Of a stretch of 64,000 nucleotides of DNA, positions 20,107-29,699 are shown piece after piece. Below the pieces are notes generated by a model. It worked only from the letters and a program-made list of their open reading frames with translations. It was not told where the DNA came from and searched no databases. Positions within the stretch are counted from its first letter, which is position 1. Each line of letters begins with the position of its first letter. Origin of the DNA: Acidimicrobiia bacterium (GTDB lineage Bacteria; Actinomycetota; Acidimicrobiia; Spongiisociales; ZC4RG35); the NCBI GenBank assembly GCA_965215185.1, contig OZ244034.1, positions 2,080,001 through 2,144,000 on the forward strand. Reading direction: 5' to 3'. The translations under genes were made by a program, and so were the position numbers.

Positions 20107-20895
20107 TCAGCGCAGGTGGGCGGGGTAGTCACCGGGGGCGGCGGCATGTTGGGACGGCTCGGGAGAGGCCCGGATCAGCAGCATGGCCACCGTGGGGGTG
20201 CCGGTCAGTGTTCCGCCGTGCCAGACACCGGCCGGTCGATGGAAATAACCGTCCTTACGAAGCTCAGCGACCTCCATCTCATCCCGGCGTTGAGACGCCT
20301 GCTGCCAGACCCCCTCCAACACAAACACCTCGACAGGACCCTCATCCACATACCAACGGTCGAAACGAAGATCCACCGCGGCGGTCTGCCAGAATCGCCC
20401 TCCCCGCAGGGATGGCGCCAGGTCCCGTTGGCGGGAGTCCGGAGGAGCGCCGGGCATCTGTATCCAGTCCCGTTCACCGGCCACCACCGGCGCCGGCCGG
20501 CCTGGGTCTTCTTCGCCCTCACCCGCCACGAAGCGCAAGGGCGCCCCGGAAAAGAGCAACAGGGTGGCCCCCTCGGAGCTGCCCAACCCATTCACCATCG
20601 TCCCGGACCGGGCCCCCCACAAGGTATGGAAACCGAGCAGGTGACCGTCCGCCTCCACCTGACCGGAGACCACGAACACCTCCACATCACCGCTGAACGA
20701 GCCGCTCTGGGTTGTCCCCCATCCAGGAGGTACTTCCAGAAGCCGGGTGGAAGGTCCTGATCCGTCCCGGCTCAGGGTCCAGGTGGCGGGGCGACCATAC
20801 AACCCATGGATGGTCATTGGCCTGGACAGAAAACTCCGCGGGTCGGGAAGGGTTACCGGCTGGAAGCGCCGGTCGGCTACGCCGGGATCATCCAC
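20107..20895 (-). CDS. DUF4437/ChrR-like double cupin protein
   Basis: GPSTRLLEVPPGW, EVFVVSG, EVFVLEG, GYFHRPAGVWHG. Confidence 0.65.
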   Translation of the reverse strand: MDDPGVADRRFQPVTLPDPRSFLSRPMTIHGLYGRPATWTLSRDGSGPSTRLLEVPPGWGTTQSGSFSGDVEVFVVSGQVEADGHLLGFHTLWGARSGTMVNGLGSSEGATLLLFSGAPLRFVAGEGEEDPGRPAPVVAGERDWIQMPGAPPDSRQRDLAPSLRGGRFWQTAAVDLRFDRWYVDEGPVEVFVLEGVWQQASQRRDEMEVAELRKDGYFHRPAGVWHGGTLTGTPTVAMLLIRASPEPSQHAAAPGDYPAHLR

Positions 20896-20913
20896 TTCCT
20901 GCCGGGCCGCTGC

Positions 20914-21783
20914 CTAGGCGAAGTCGAACAGTCGCATGGCGTTCCCACCCCGGATTGCGTCCCTGTCCGCCTCCGACAGGTTGGGCAGATAGTGATCCAC
21001 TAACGCCAACTGTTCGGGATAACCGGGCTCCACCGCGATCCACGGGTAGTCGGAGGCCCACAGCATCCGCTCCGCCCCGAAAATTCCATAGATGGCGTCC
21101 ACCACCGGCTGCAGATCGGGATGGGGATACGGCTCTTGGGTGAAGGCGTACTGTCCGGACAAGTGAACATACACGTTGGGACGAGCGGCGATCACTTCTA
21201 TAGTCTTCAGCGACTCGGGCGGAAGCGCCAGGCTGAACCGGGGACGGCCCCACTCGTCAGCTCTGATCTCATCCCAGATGCTCGGACAGAACCCCAGGTG
21301 GTTGATGACCACCGTCAGATCGGGAAGATGCTCCAGCACCCGATCCAGCAGCAAGACCTGCTCTTCCGTCGCATAGAACCACAATTTCACCCCGTCGGCG
21401 GCCATTTGCTCCAGGACAGGAAACATCTCGATCTGATCGGCGGGTTGGGTGGGATCGGGATCGAGATTGAAGAGCCGAAACCCCTGGAAAGGCGTGGCCT
21501 GGCGTCGCTCCCGGTAGTTGGCAAGTTGATCTCCAGCGGAGACATCCTGCACTCCAACTATGGCAAACGAGTCTGGACGGGTGGCCACCACTTCCCGCAG
21601 GTATTCGTCGTGATGGGAGATCCCCACGATTGCCGCCTTGTCAACTCCGGCCCGCTCCATATGTCCAAAGTATTCGTCCATCGGCGCCCGGCGTTCGGGT
21701 GGGGTCAGACCCGGAAACACATCACGGGGATATTGCTCGGAAATCGATTCGAACAGATGGAGGTGGGCATCGACCACCGTCAT
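20914..21783 (-). CDS. Amidohydrolase_2 family protein (lactonase/decarboxylase-like)
   Basis: VDAHLH, VINHLG, LWASDYPW, GGNA. Confidence 0.88.
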   Translation of the reverse strand: MTVVDAHLHLFESISEQYPRDVFPGLTPPERRAPMDEYFGHMERAGVDKAAIVGISHHDEYLREVVATRPDSFAIVGVQDVSAGDQLANYRERRQATPFQGFRLFNLDPDPTQPADQIEMFPVLEQMAADGVKLWFYATEEQVLLLDRVLEHLPDLTVVINHLGFCPSIWDEIRADEWGRPRFSLALPPESLKTIEVIAARPNVYVHLSGQYAFTQEPYPHPDLQPVVDAIYGIFGAERMLWASDYPWIAVEPGYPEQLALVDHYLPNLSEADRDAIRGGNAMRLFDFA

Positions 21784-22082
21784 AGGACAACTCCTTTCAA
21801 AGACCGTTAGGGATATCGTAACCCCAAAGCAAACGCCGTCACGCAGGCGGACAGGTGCTTAGGGCACACCACCCAAACAGACAGGGCTCGAGCGGCAGAC
21901 GTCATCCGGGCTTCGCAGGTAACACCGCCACCACCCCCTTTCTCTTTCGTCGGCCTGGGCGCCATGATGTTAACTGGCGCATATCCCGGCCTCATTGTTG
22001 GGTCTAGGACGGACTCGGTCTCCCTTGAGGGAGCCCCCGTGCGGCTGGGTAGTATCCGCGTTGAGCACACAACAGTCCAGAG

Positions 22083-23369
22083 GTGGCCGATTTGGGATCC
22101 GTGGCCAGAAGGGATAGGGCTTCGTTCTGGTTGTCTGTAGCCCTATTAATAGCCCTAGCCCTCCTTTTTGCTCTATCCATTGTGAAAAGCAGGAGCGTTG
22201 CTTTGGAGGCGCGACCGGCGGTGGCTTTGAATGCTTTGTACGGAGAGGACCCGCTGAGGCTGATCGCCGGATACGACCTGACCACTTACTACACCCTGGA
22301 CGAGGACCTCTGGGACGTATGGATCTGCGAGGTGGCCGAAGGAAACTTGGATTTAGCTCCTGAAGAAGTGGTCGGCTTGCTGGAATCAGAAATCACGCCT
22401 TACTTCGATTGGCTCTCTGGGGGCCGCTATCGCCCAGTTTTCCGGGTGGGCGGGACAATGGAAGCCGCTTCTTTCGACAATCGGGGCGACTGCATCCGCT
22501 CGGTATGGAAGGCCTCTGCGAAGATACCGCCAGAAAACAGAGCGGAGGGCGCAATTTTGATCGTCAACAATGTGTCCTACGCAAGCTTTGGCAGCCTGGG
22601 TCCCATATCCTATATCTCGCCGGTTGAGGCGACATTGCGCGCAACTACCTTCCCGAGAAACAGCCGCTTTGTATACCTTGACGGTAGATCAGTGGTCGAC
22701 CCAGGCAGTTTGTCATCACATCCGGCTGCTGGGTTCACACAGCCAAGTTTGTTCACGGTTGCCCACGAACTTGGACATGCTGTCGGTTTCCCTCACTCCT
22801 ATCGGTTCACTCGCTATGACAACCCGATGGAAGTCATGGGCGACACCGATGCTGTCTCGGGCCTGCAAATAGGCACCATCGCTATCAACAGATACGCAGC
22901 CGGATGGATGGACCCCGAAGAGGTGGCGATCTATACAGGAGGTGGGATTGCCCGACACACACTCAGTCCGCTTGGCGACAACGGCACCCAAATGCTGGTG
23001 CTCAGATCGGATGAGAATATTTTTGTCACGCTGGGGGCACGGATCAGAAAGGGGTATGACTCTGGATTGCCCAAAGAAGGCGTTGAATCATATGTCATTG
23101 AACAGCATCCCCCGATCTGTTTCCACTATCCAGGTTACGAGGCCTGCCTTGGTACCTCAAGACCCACCCGAGCAATCATTACCGACTCGACGAGCCCCAT
23201 CGACGAAAGCGATCCCGTTACGCATGTGATGGGCATAGGTGATGGTTACACGTGGGGAGATATGACCGTCACCGTTATAGAGCGAATCGGTGACGATTTC
23301 GTAGTGGAAGTGAACGACAGTTGGCCCACCGATGACGACTCCTTGCAAGCCAATGATCCTCCCCGGTGA
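22083..23369 (+). CDS. Membrane-anchored/secreted zinc metalloprotease (metzincin-like)
   Basis: N-terminal hydrophobic segment; HELGHAVGFPH (HExxHxxGxxH) followed by a Met-turn-like EVMG. Confidence 0.7.
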   Translation: MADLGSVARRDRASFWLSVALLIALALLFALSIVKSRSVALEARPAVALNALYGEDPLRLIAGYDLTTYYTLDEDLWDVWICEVAEGNLDLAPEEVVGLLESEITPYFDWLSGGRYRPVFRVGGTMEAASFDNRGDCIRSVWKASAKIPPENRAEGAILIVNNVSYASFGSLGPISYISPVEATLRATTFPRNSRFVYLDGRSVVDPGSLSSHPAAGFTQPSLFTVAHELGHAVGFPHSYRFTRYDNPMEVMGDTDAVSGLQIGTIAINRYAAGWMDPEEVAIYTGGGIARHTLSPLGDNGTQMLVLRSDENIFVTLGARIRKGYDSGLPKEGVESYVIEQHPPICFHYPGYEACLGTSRPTRAIITDSTSPIDESDPVTHVMGIGDGYTWGDMTVTVIERIGDDFVVEVNDSWPTDDDSLQANDPPR

Positions 23370-23741
23370 TAGACCCGCAGAAGTTGAAAGGCAATCGCTT
23401 CACCACTGATGACGGAAAACATGCACGAAGAGACCTCGAAATTGTTGCCGCTATGGGCATCCCCAAGGGATGCAACTCTCCCGAGAACCGGACGACCGCC
23501 CCAGGGAGCCCGGCACCTGGGATAAGCGGAGCGCCCTAGCGGCAGGCATGCCAAGAGGCTATTCCCTCGAAGCACCCTACCGCCCTCATGATCAAATCCT
23601 GCCAGACCCAGATGGCCCATTCTTCGCTCCCGTTTTGACGAAATAGCTATACCACGGCCTGAGACTTTCCTTTGGGAAACTCCGAGGATGGTATCTGTTA
23701 CACCCTGCATCTACTATCCGCTACTTGCGAGAGGAGTATGA

Positions 23742-26150
23742 ATGGGCATGCGTAGCGAAGTCATCGACATGTTGGCGGCCAAGAAAGTCGATGATGCGAC
23801 TCGGCAACTGGTGGTAGCGGCCTGGTTGGGACCGGATATGGTGGACAAGGTTCTCTCTGGAGAGCAGGCTGACCCGGTTACTGATCCCGCAGAAACCGAC
23901 AAGGGTCAGGTTCCCTCGGTCTATTTGGAAAGCCTCACCGTCAACGGGTTCCGCGGCATCGGCCCCGAAGCGACCCTACAACTCAACCCACAGCCTGGGC
24001 TGACCGTAGTGGCGGGACGAAACGGATCAGGCAAATCCAGCTTCTTCGATGCTCTTGAGGTACTGCTCACCGATGACAGCTACCGCTGGAAGGGCAAGCC
24101 GAAAGTATGGCAAGGAGGGTGGCGAAACCTGCATCAAGCCACCGGACCGCGGGTCATGGCACGCTTCCAAGTGGAAGGCGTAGCCGGAGATACCGTGGTG
24201 GAGAAGACTTGGGACGATGGCGCCAAAGATGTGGGCGACGCCTCCACCACCGCTCAGCACCATGGACAAAAGCGGAGTGATCTGATCGGGCTCGGTTGGA
24301 CCGAGCCCCTGGAGTTATATCGGCCCCTCCTTTCCCATCCGGAACTCGGAACCATCGCGTCAAAGCCTTCCGGGCTCTACGACACCCTCAGCAAGGTGCT
24401 GGGCTTGGAAGACATGGCCAGCTCAATCCAAGTGCTGTCTAAAGCCCGGAGCGAACGGGAAGGGTTGAACAGAGATGTCAGTGCGCGACTCGGCAGAGAA
24501 CTACTCCCGGCCTTGAAAGCCATAGATGACGACCGTGCTGCCGTTGCGCTCGGGGTTCTTTCCAAGATACCTTGGGAACTCGACATAATAGACCGCCTTC
24601 TGACCGGTGGAGACACGCCTTCAACGCAACCGTTGCGAGTGCTTGCTCGACTAACCCTCCCCACCCTCGAGCAGGTGATGACGGTAGCTGAGCAGGTGGA
24701 GATGGCAGTTCTGGCTGTGGAGGATCTCGCAGGAACCGACATGCAACGTTTCAGCAACATCGCAGACTTGTTGGAAAACGCCCTCAATCACCACCGTCTT
24801 CACGGCGACGAATTCTGCCCGGTGTGCGGCGAAGGACGATTGGACGACCAATGGCAAAGCTCAGCCCGATCCCGGATCAAGGAACTCCGGAAGGAGGCAT
24901 CACGTTACCGAGCAGCAGAGCACAAACTCAAAGAGGAGCTGCACAACGCTCAACTCCTGGCAAGCCCCAGACCCTTACCAGAGGGCACACTGGTGGATAT
25001 CTCTGAGCTTCGAGAGTCGTGGGAACGATGGAATGCGCTCCCCAAGAGCCCCTCGAAAGTTCCCCAGCATCTCATAGACCATTGCGAAGTGGTTACAAAA
25101 GCGGCCCAGTCAGTTGTTCGACAGGCCCAGGAATGGCACTCCGAACGCGAAGCCTTATGGGCCCCGGTTAGGGATTTGCTTTTGGCCTGGATACCCGACG
25201 CTAGGAGGGCCGAAAAGGGGCGACACGACTCCAAATTGATCAAGGACGCGGAAACGGCCCTCAAGGAGATATCTGAAGAACTGCGCAGCAGTCGGTGGGA
25301 GCCAATCGAAAAGGAGGCGCTGGGACTTTGGCGCAATCTGCGGCTGCAAAGCACCATTGATTTGGAGTCCATTGGATTAACGGGCACAGGGACCAGGCGG
25401 CGGGTAGATCTCAAGGTCAAAGTTAATGGTAAAGAAGTCGCTGCTTTGGGTGTGGCGAGCCAAGGGGAGATCAACTGTCTGGCGCTCTCCCTCTTCTTCC
25501 CGCGCGGCACGCTACCCGAGAGCCCGTTTCGTTTTCTCGTAATCGACGATCCGGTCCAAGCAATGGACCCCGCCCGTGTCGATGGCTTAGCAAGGGTTTT
25601 CCACCATATCGCCACTGAACGTCAGTTAGTGGTATTCACTCACGATGACCGCCTCCCCGAAGCATTACGTCGTCTTCGCTTGCCGTGCAGCATCACAGAG
25701 GTAACTCGCCTACCGGGTTCGGTCGTTACAGTGCGGAACGCTCTCGACCCTGTTGAGCAGTACTTTGAAGATGCTAGAGCGCTGGCGAGTGACAGGAGAC
25801 TCCCCTCCGATGTTGCCATCCAATCGGTGCCAGGTATTTGCCGACAGGGCTTGGAAGCAGCTTGTATGGAGAGAATCCGCCGCAGGAGGATAGGACGAGG
25901 GCAGACGCATGCTCAGGTAGAAGAACACATCGCGAAAGCCAGTACCTTGAAGCCGCTGGCGGCGTTGGCCCTATTAGAAGATCTCAGCAAGACTTCTCAG
26001 GTGGTCACTTTGATATCCCAACGGTGGGGCCCGGACCTGGCTGATGTCTTCCAGGTCTGCAATAGGCGGGTGCATGAGGGTTATTCCGGCAATCTCACTG
26101 ACTTCATCAACCAGTGCACGAGACTTGCCAAGAGGATAAAGGGTGACTGA
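23742..26150 (+). CDS. Rad50/SbcC-like coiled-coil ABC ATPase with zinc hook and C-terminal helical (HEPN-like) tail
   Basis: FRGIG, GRNGSGKS, central CPVCG, ASQGE, LVIDDPVQAMD, FTHD; ~165 aa tail with CRQGLE and CNRRVH. Confidence 0.85.
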   Translation: MGMRSEVIDMLAAKKVDDATRQLVVAAWLGPDMVDKVLSGEQADPVTDPAETDKGQVPSVYLESLTVNGFRGIGPEATLQLNPQPGLTVVAGRNGSGKSSFFDALEVLLTDDSYRWKGKPKVWQGGWRNLHQATGPRVMARFQVEGVAGDTVVEKTWDDGAKDVGDASTTAQHHGQKRSDLIGLGWTEPLELYRPLLSHPELGTIASKPSGLYDTLSKVLGLEDMASSIQVLSKARSEREGLNRDVSARLGRELLPALKAIDDDRAAVALGVLSKIPWELDIIDRLLTGGDTPSTQPLRVLARLTLPTLEQVMTVAEQVEMAVLAVEDLAGTDMQRFSNIADLLENALNHHRLHGDEFCPVCGEGRLDDQWQSSARSRIKELRKEASRYRAAEHKLKEELHNAQLLASPRPLPEGTLVDISELRESWERWNALPKSPSKVPQHLIDHCEVVTKAAQSVVRQAQEWHSEREALWAPVRDLLLAWIPDARRAEKGRHDSKLIKDAETALKEISEELRSSRWEPIEKEALGLWRNLRLQSTIDLESIGLTGTGTRRRVDLKVKVNGKEVAALGVASQGEINCLALSLFFPRGTLPESPFRFLVIDDPVQAMDPARVDGLARVFHHIATERQLVVFTHDDRLPEALRRLRLPCSITEVTRLPGSVVTVRNALDPVEQYFEDARALASDRRLPSDVAIQSVPGICRQGLEAACMERIRRRRIGRGQTHAQVEEHIAKASTLKPLAALALLEDLSKTSQVVTLISQRWGPDLADVFQVCNRRVHEGYSGNLTDFINQCTRLAKRIKGD

Positions 26151-26496
26151 AAAGCTGTTGGAACTGGCTCGCCGACTCTTGAACGAGCCGGGTATGGGAC
26201 CGGAGGGCACGGGGCCGCGGGTGGCTGCGTTTCTAGCTCGCCGGGCACTGGAGTCAGCCTTGGCGGAGCTGTGGAAGAAACAAATGCCTGGGGTAGAGCA
26301 CGCTAGCTTCCGCAGTCAACTCATCTGCCTTCCTCTGGTCTTGGACAACAAAGGACTCGTGGCCGACACCCGGGCGGCCTGGCATTTCCTCAGTCGGGCA
26401 TGCCACCATCACCAGTACGAACTGGCGCCCGTCGCCCAAGAGCTGGAGGTCTGGATCGGCCAGGTGGAACGGCTGCTAACCATCTTGGATACCTAG
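26143..26496 (+). CDS. Small helical protein, HEPN-like
   Basis: 117 aa; overlaps the ATPase stop by 8 nt; AFLARRALESAL and LSRACHH motifs. Confidence 0.65.
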   Translation: MTEKLLELARRLLNEPGMGPEGTGPRVAAFLARRALESALAELWKKQMPGVEHASFRSQLICLPLVLDNKGLVADTRAAWHFLSRACHHHQYELAPVAQELEVWIGQVERLLTILDT

Positions 26497-26568
26497 TTGA
26501 GAACCAGGCCGCCGCGTCACTCTTCGTAGCCCCACCACCCGCAAACCCTGCGCAACAGAGATCACCAA

Positions 26569-27216
26569 ATGTCGGAAGAGGCCATGAGCACAGCCAGAGG
26601 GGTTTACGCGTCCACCAAATTGCTTGGAAGAGGGATATATGACCTTGTCGAGGCGGCGCGGATGATCCGAAGGGATCCCTACACCGTCGCTAGATGGACA
26701 CAAGGGGAACATCCCTTACATGTTGTTCCCAACTCTCCCCGCTTTACATTTCTGGACGTAATCAGCCTGTACGTGATCTCGGAACTACGTCGGCGGAACG
26801 TATCGATGGAAGACATCCGCAAAGGTGGTGAATACCTAGCCGAAAAACGGCACATCCCTTACCCTTTTGCGCACCAGCAACTGGCCACCGCCGGTAGAGC
26901 ATTCTTGGGCAACGTTGGAGAGTGGCGAGACGTGGGCAAGCGAGGCCAAGGCACCTTCGAAATAATTATCCAAGATGTCTTGCGCCCCATTGAATTCGGC
27001 AGCGACGAACTGGCGGCGGTTTGGAGACCAGCCGAGGGCGTTTGGGTGAATCCCCTCATCCAAGCCGGCGCACCTTGTATCGACGGGACCAGAGTGCCAA
27101 CCCGGTTAATATCCGATTTGGCAGCCGTTGGGGAAAGACTCTCGGACATCTCCGAGGACCTTGCCCTCGATATCTCTCAACTCAAAGCAGCTGTTGACTA
27201 TGAAGACGCTGCATAA
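26569..27216 (+). CDS. HTH + DUF433 antitoxin (VapB45-like)
   Basis: Y..EAAR.I...TV.RW HTH, FTFLD, HIPYPFAH, VNP.IQAGAPCIDGTRVPT. Confidence 0.85.
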   Translation: MSEEAMSTARGVYASTKLLGRGIYDLVEAARMIRRDPYTVARWTQGEHPLHVVPNSPRFTFLDVISLYVISELRRRNVSMEDIRKGGEYLAEKRHIPYPFAHQQLATAGRAFLGNVGEWRDVGKRGQGTFEIIIQDVLRPIEFGSDELAAVWRPAEGVWVNPLIQAGAPCIDGTRVPTRLISDLAAVGERLSDISEDLALDISQLKAAVDYEDAA

Positions 27217-27227
27217 GAGTTACACCC

Positions 27228-27723
27228 GTGAAGCCACGGTCGCCCTTGCGTCTGATTTTTGACGAGCTACTTCCCTGGCGAGTGGCCGCCGCCCTACGCA
27301 TCCTTGGATATGACGTCAGTTGGGTGGGGCACAAAGACACCAACTCTCCTGCCCGAGGCGCCCCTGACGAAGAGGTGCTCCACTTTGCAACTAAAACCAA
27401 TAGAAAGATCGTTACTTCCAACCATGACATGATTCTTCTCTGTAATGAGCAAGAACAATCCGCGATTTGGGATTGATCCCCGAGGTAGACAACTCAAAAA
27501 GGAAGAGATGGTCGTCTTAGCCTTCCGGTCCATCACAACATGGGATGAACTCCTCGAGACAAGTTGTACTGTGTGCATCCGGGCTTTACGAACCAAAAAT
27601 GAAGTCCTCCCGCTTGAGGAGGCCGCTCGGTTGGTGAAGCAGCGCATGAGGCGTTTGAGCGCGCGGAAAAAGCGAAGTGAGACCGTTGCTAACTCCAAAG
27701 GCACGCTGTTCCCATCGGAATGA
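27228..27723 (+). pseudogene. PIN-like toxin (VapC45/DUF5615), frameshifted
   Basis: LIFDELLP, GAPDEEVL, IVTSN.D; an extra G in GGG at 27469-27471 splits ..SAIW/IDPRGRQL.. into two ORFs. Confidence 0.75.
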
Positions 27724-27892
27724 GCCCACATGTTTGTGTCTAGTTGGGGGAAGGGAATCGCGCGATGCGTCCACTAGGTGGACTGCTTGGTAGTCACAGG
27801 CTGGTTGTGAGAGCCCAGGCTGACAGCGACGGAAGCCAAGCGGGCGAAACCTTCCCTCTAAAAGGTTTTCAGGTCCGTAGACTCACTGAATC

Positions 27893-28213
27893 GTGTTGCT
27901 TTCCACCACCTCTGAAGTCCCCGGCCACACCATCACCGGCTACAAGGGCATAGTTATCTCTCAGGTCTCGGCCGGTCGACATATCGGTAAGGATGTCTTG
28001 GCAGGCGTTCGAGACGTGTTCGGCGGTCGAAGCAAATCCCTGGAGAAGGATTTGGAGGCTTCCCGCCACCAGGCACTGTCGGAGTTGGCAGCCAAGGCAG
28101 AGCAGATTGGCGCCAACGCGGTGATAGGCATTCGGCTCGACATGGAAAATGTGGGCGGTACCATGCTGCTCTTTGTCGGCCAGGGCACCGCAGTGACCGC
28201 TACCAAGAGCTAA
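27893..28213 (+). CDS. YbjQ/UPF0145 family protein
   Basis: RDVFGGRS, GANAVIGIRLD, GTAV. Confidence 0.9.
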   Translation: MLLSTTSEVPGHTITGYKGIVISQVSAGRHIGKDVLAGVRDVFGGRSKSLEKDLEASRHQALSELAAKAEQIGANAVIGIRLDMENVGGTMLLFVGQGTAVTATKS

Positions 28214-28286
28214 CGCCTAAACCGATCCGCCTGCCCTGGCTTCCATGTGATGTCTTAAGCTGCCTGCGGGGTGGGGGGAACTCCGA

Positions 28287-28637
28287 CTACGAGCGGCGTA
28301 GCTGCGAAACGCAATAGGGAAAAGCGATAAGAGGAACAACCGCGAAGATCAGGGGCAGCAACCAGTCACCCTTGGTCACGCCGGTTCCGATGGCCAGGGC
28401 GAGTAACACATCCGCAACGATGTTGAGCGCTAGAAAAGCGACGGTAACCGCCACCAGTTTCTTTTGTGGAGCGGCGCGGATGACCAGGATCAATAGCAAC
28501 ACGGCTGCCACCGGGTGGACACCGACCACAACCAGCCGTTCCCACCATTGACCACCGTTCGCAAAGCTACCAACCATTCCCGTGAAAACAGAAAACAGGA
28601 CTTGGAGGGAGGCCAGGATTCGAAGTGTTTTTTTCAT
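28287..28637 (-). CDS. Small four-TM membrane protein, unknown function
   Basis: 116 aa with four hydrophobic stretches, ATG start. Confidence 0.7.
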   Translation of the reverse strand: MKKTLRILASLQVLFSVFTGMVGSFANGGQWWERLVVVGVHPVAAVLLLILVIRAAPQKKLVAVTVAFLALNIVADVLLALAIGTGVTKGDWLLPLIFAVVPLIAFPYCVSQLRRS

Positions 28638-28825
28638 ACTGTTAACCCAGGTTAACCACAGATGCCCTCAACAGCAGGGACTTATCGATTTACGGCCGCG
28701 CCACTCCGTGTGGCGCCACATAAATCGGCCCGATCACTTCGCCGATCGGGTGGTGGCCGCCACAGCCCGGGCGGCTTACTCCCACCTTGCGGGCTGCTGC
28801 GACGGTTCGGACCTGGACAGGGTCT

Positions 28826-29554
28826 CTAACTCAATGCTGCGGTGGCGAAGACCACATGGAAAGGTACGCAGTAGATCACCACGGTGACTTCCTCGGGGAT
28901 TTGATAATCGGCGGGGAAATCGTAGTTTTGCGAGCCGATGTTTCCTTTCAGGGATCCGAGGTCAATGTATCCGGCCGCCTGCAAGGCATCACGGTTCGAA
29001 ATCCCATGAGCCGGAGCGACAATGACATGGAGGTCGGGACCATTGGTCACCTCGATGTCTTCCAGGCGCAGGACATGGGAACCGTCCTCCAAGCGGTATA
29101 CGGTCACCTCGCCTGATCCCTTGTGAAAGGAGTCGGCATCCATGAAGGCTCCGGTGGCTACAGCCACTGGTCCGGTGGCTTCGGGTTCTTCGCCCTGAGA
29201 TTCGGTGGCCTGGGTGGTGGTCGACTCGGTCGGCGCCATAGTGGTCTCGGTCATCTCCGTGGCGGCCTCGGTGGTCTCCTCAGCCGTCACGGTGACAGCA
29301 GACACCATCATTTCCGGCATACTCTCGTAGACCGGCGTATCAACTGCCGAGGCTTCCATCATCACTTCCTCGACCTCGGCGGCGGTCATGTCGTCGGGGA
29401 CCACCGCCATCGCCGCCCTGGGAAAGGGTTCATCAACCACTTTGTCGAAAAAGAGGGGCGAGATCAGCCACCATGTCACAGCTAGGCCGCCGAGGGCCAT
29501 GATCGCCGCTGCGACCTGCACTGATCTCCGCTTGTAGAAGGGGGGACTGTTCGT
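28826..29554 (-). CDS. Membrane-anchored DM13 domain protein
   Basis: ISPLFFDKVVDEPFP, T/E-rich linker, H.GSG, NGPDLHV, LGSLKGNIGSQNY, IYCVPF; start is either GTG 29521 or the RBS-positioned ACG at 29554. Confidence 0.88.
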   Translation of the reverse strand, partial: TNSPPFYKRRSVQVAAAIMALGGLAVTWWLISPLFFDKVVDEPFPRAAMAVVPDDMTAAEVEEVMMEASAVDTPVYESMPEMMVSAVTVTAEETTEAATEMTETTMAPTESTTTQATESQGEEPEATGPVAVATGAFMDADSFHKGSGEVTVYRLEDGSHVLRLEDIEVTNGPDLHVIVAPAHGISNRDALQAAGYIDLGSLKGNIGSQNYDFPADYQIPEEVTVVIYCVPFHVVFATAALS

Positions 29555-29699
29555 TGTATACCTCCTTGGTCTATCCCGAATCTAGGAGGAAACCGTTTCT
29601 TGTGCTGGGAGGCTGCCGTATCGGCCTTTCTACGCCCGATTCGCGCCATGATTGATAGTGGCAAGAAGTTACCGCAAGAACCAGTTCATGACCTCGGGT

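Noticed and set aside
23370-23740. Possible riboswitch/ncRNA with hairpin GCATCCC-CAA-GGGATGC upstream of the ATPase
   Set aside because: No recognisable family consensus; short GC stems can occur by chance; needs cmscan
23742-26150. This ATPase as the missing Wadjet JetC, or as SbcC
   Set aside because: It has a zinc hook and is much shorter than TIGR02680-type JetC; no sbcD neighbour; extra C-terminal tail
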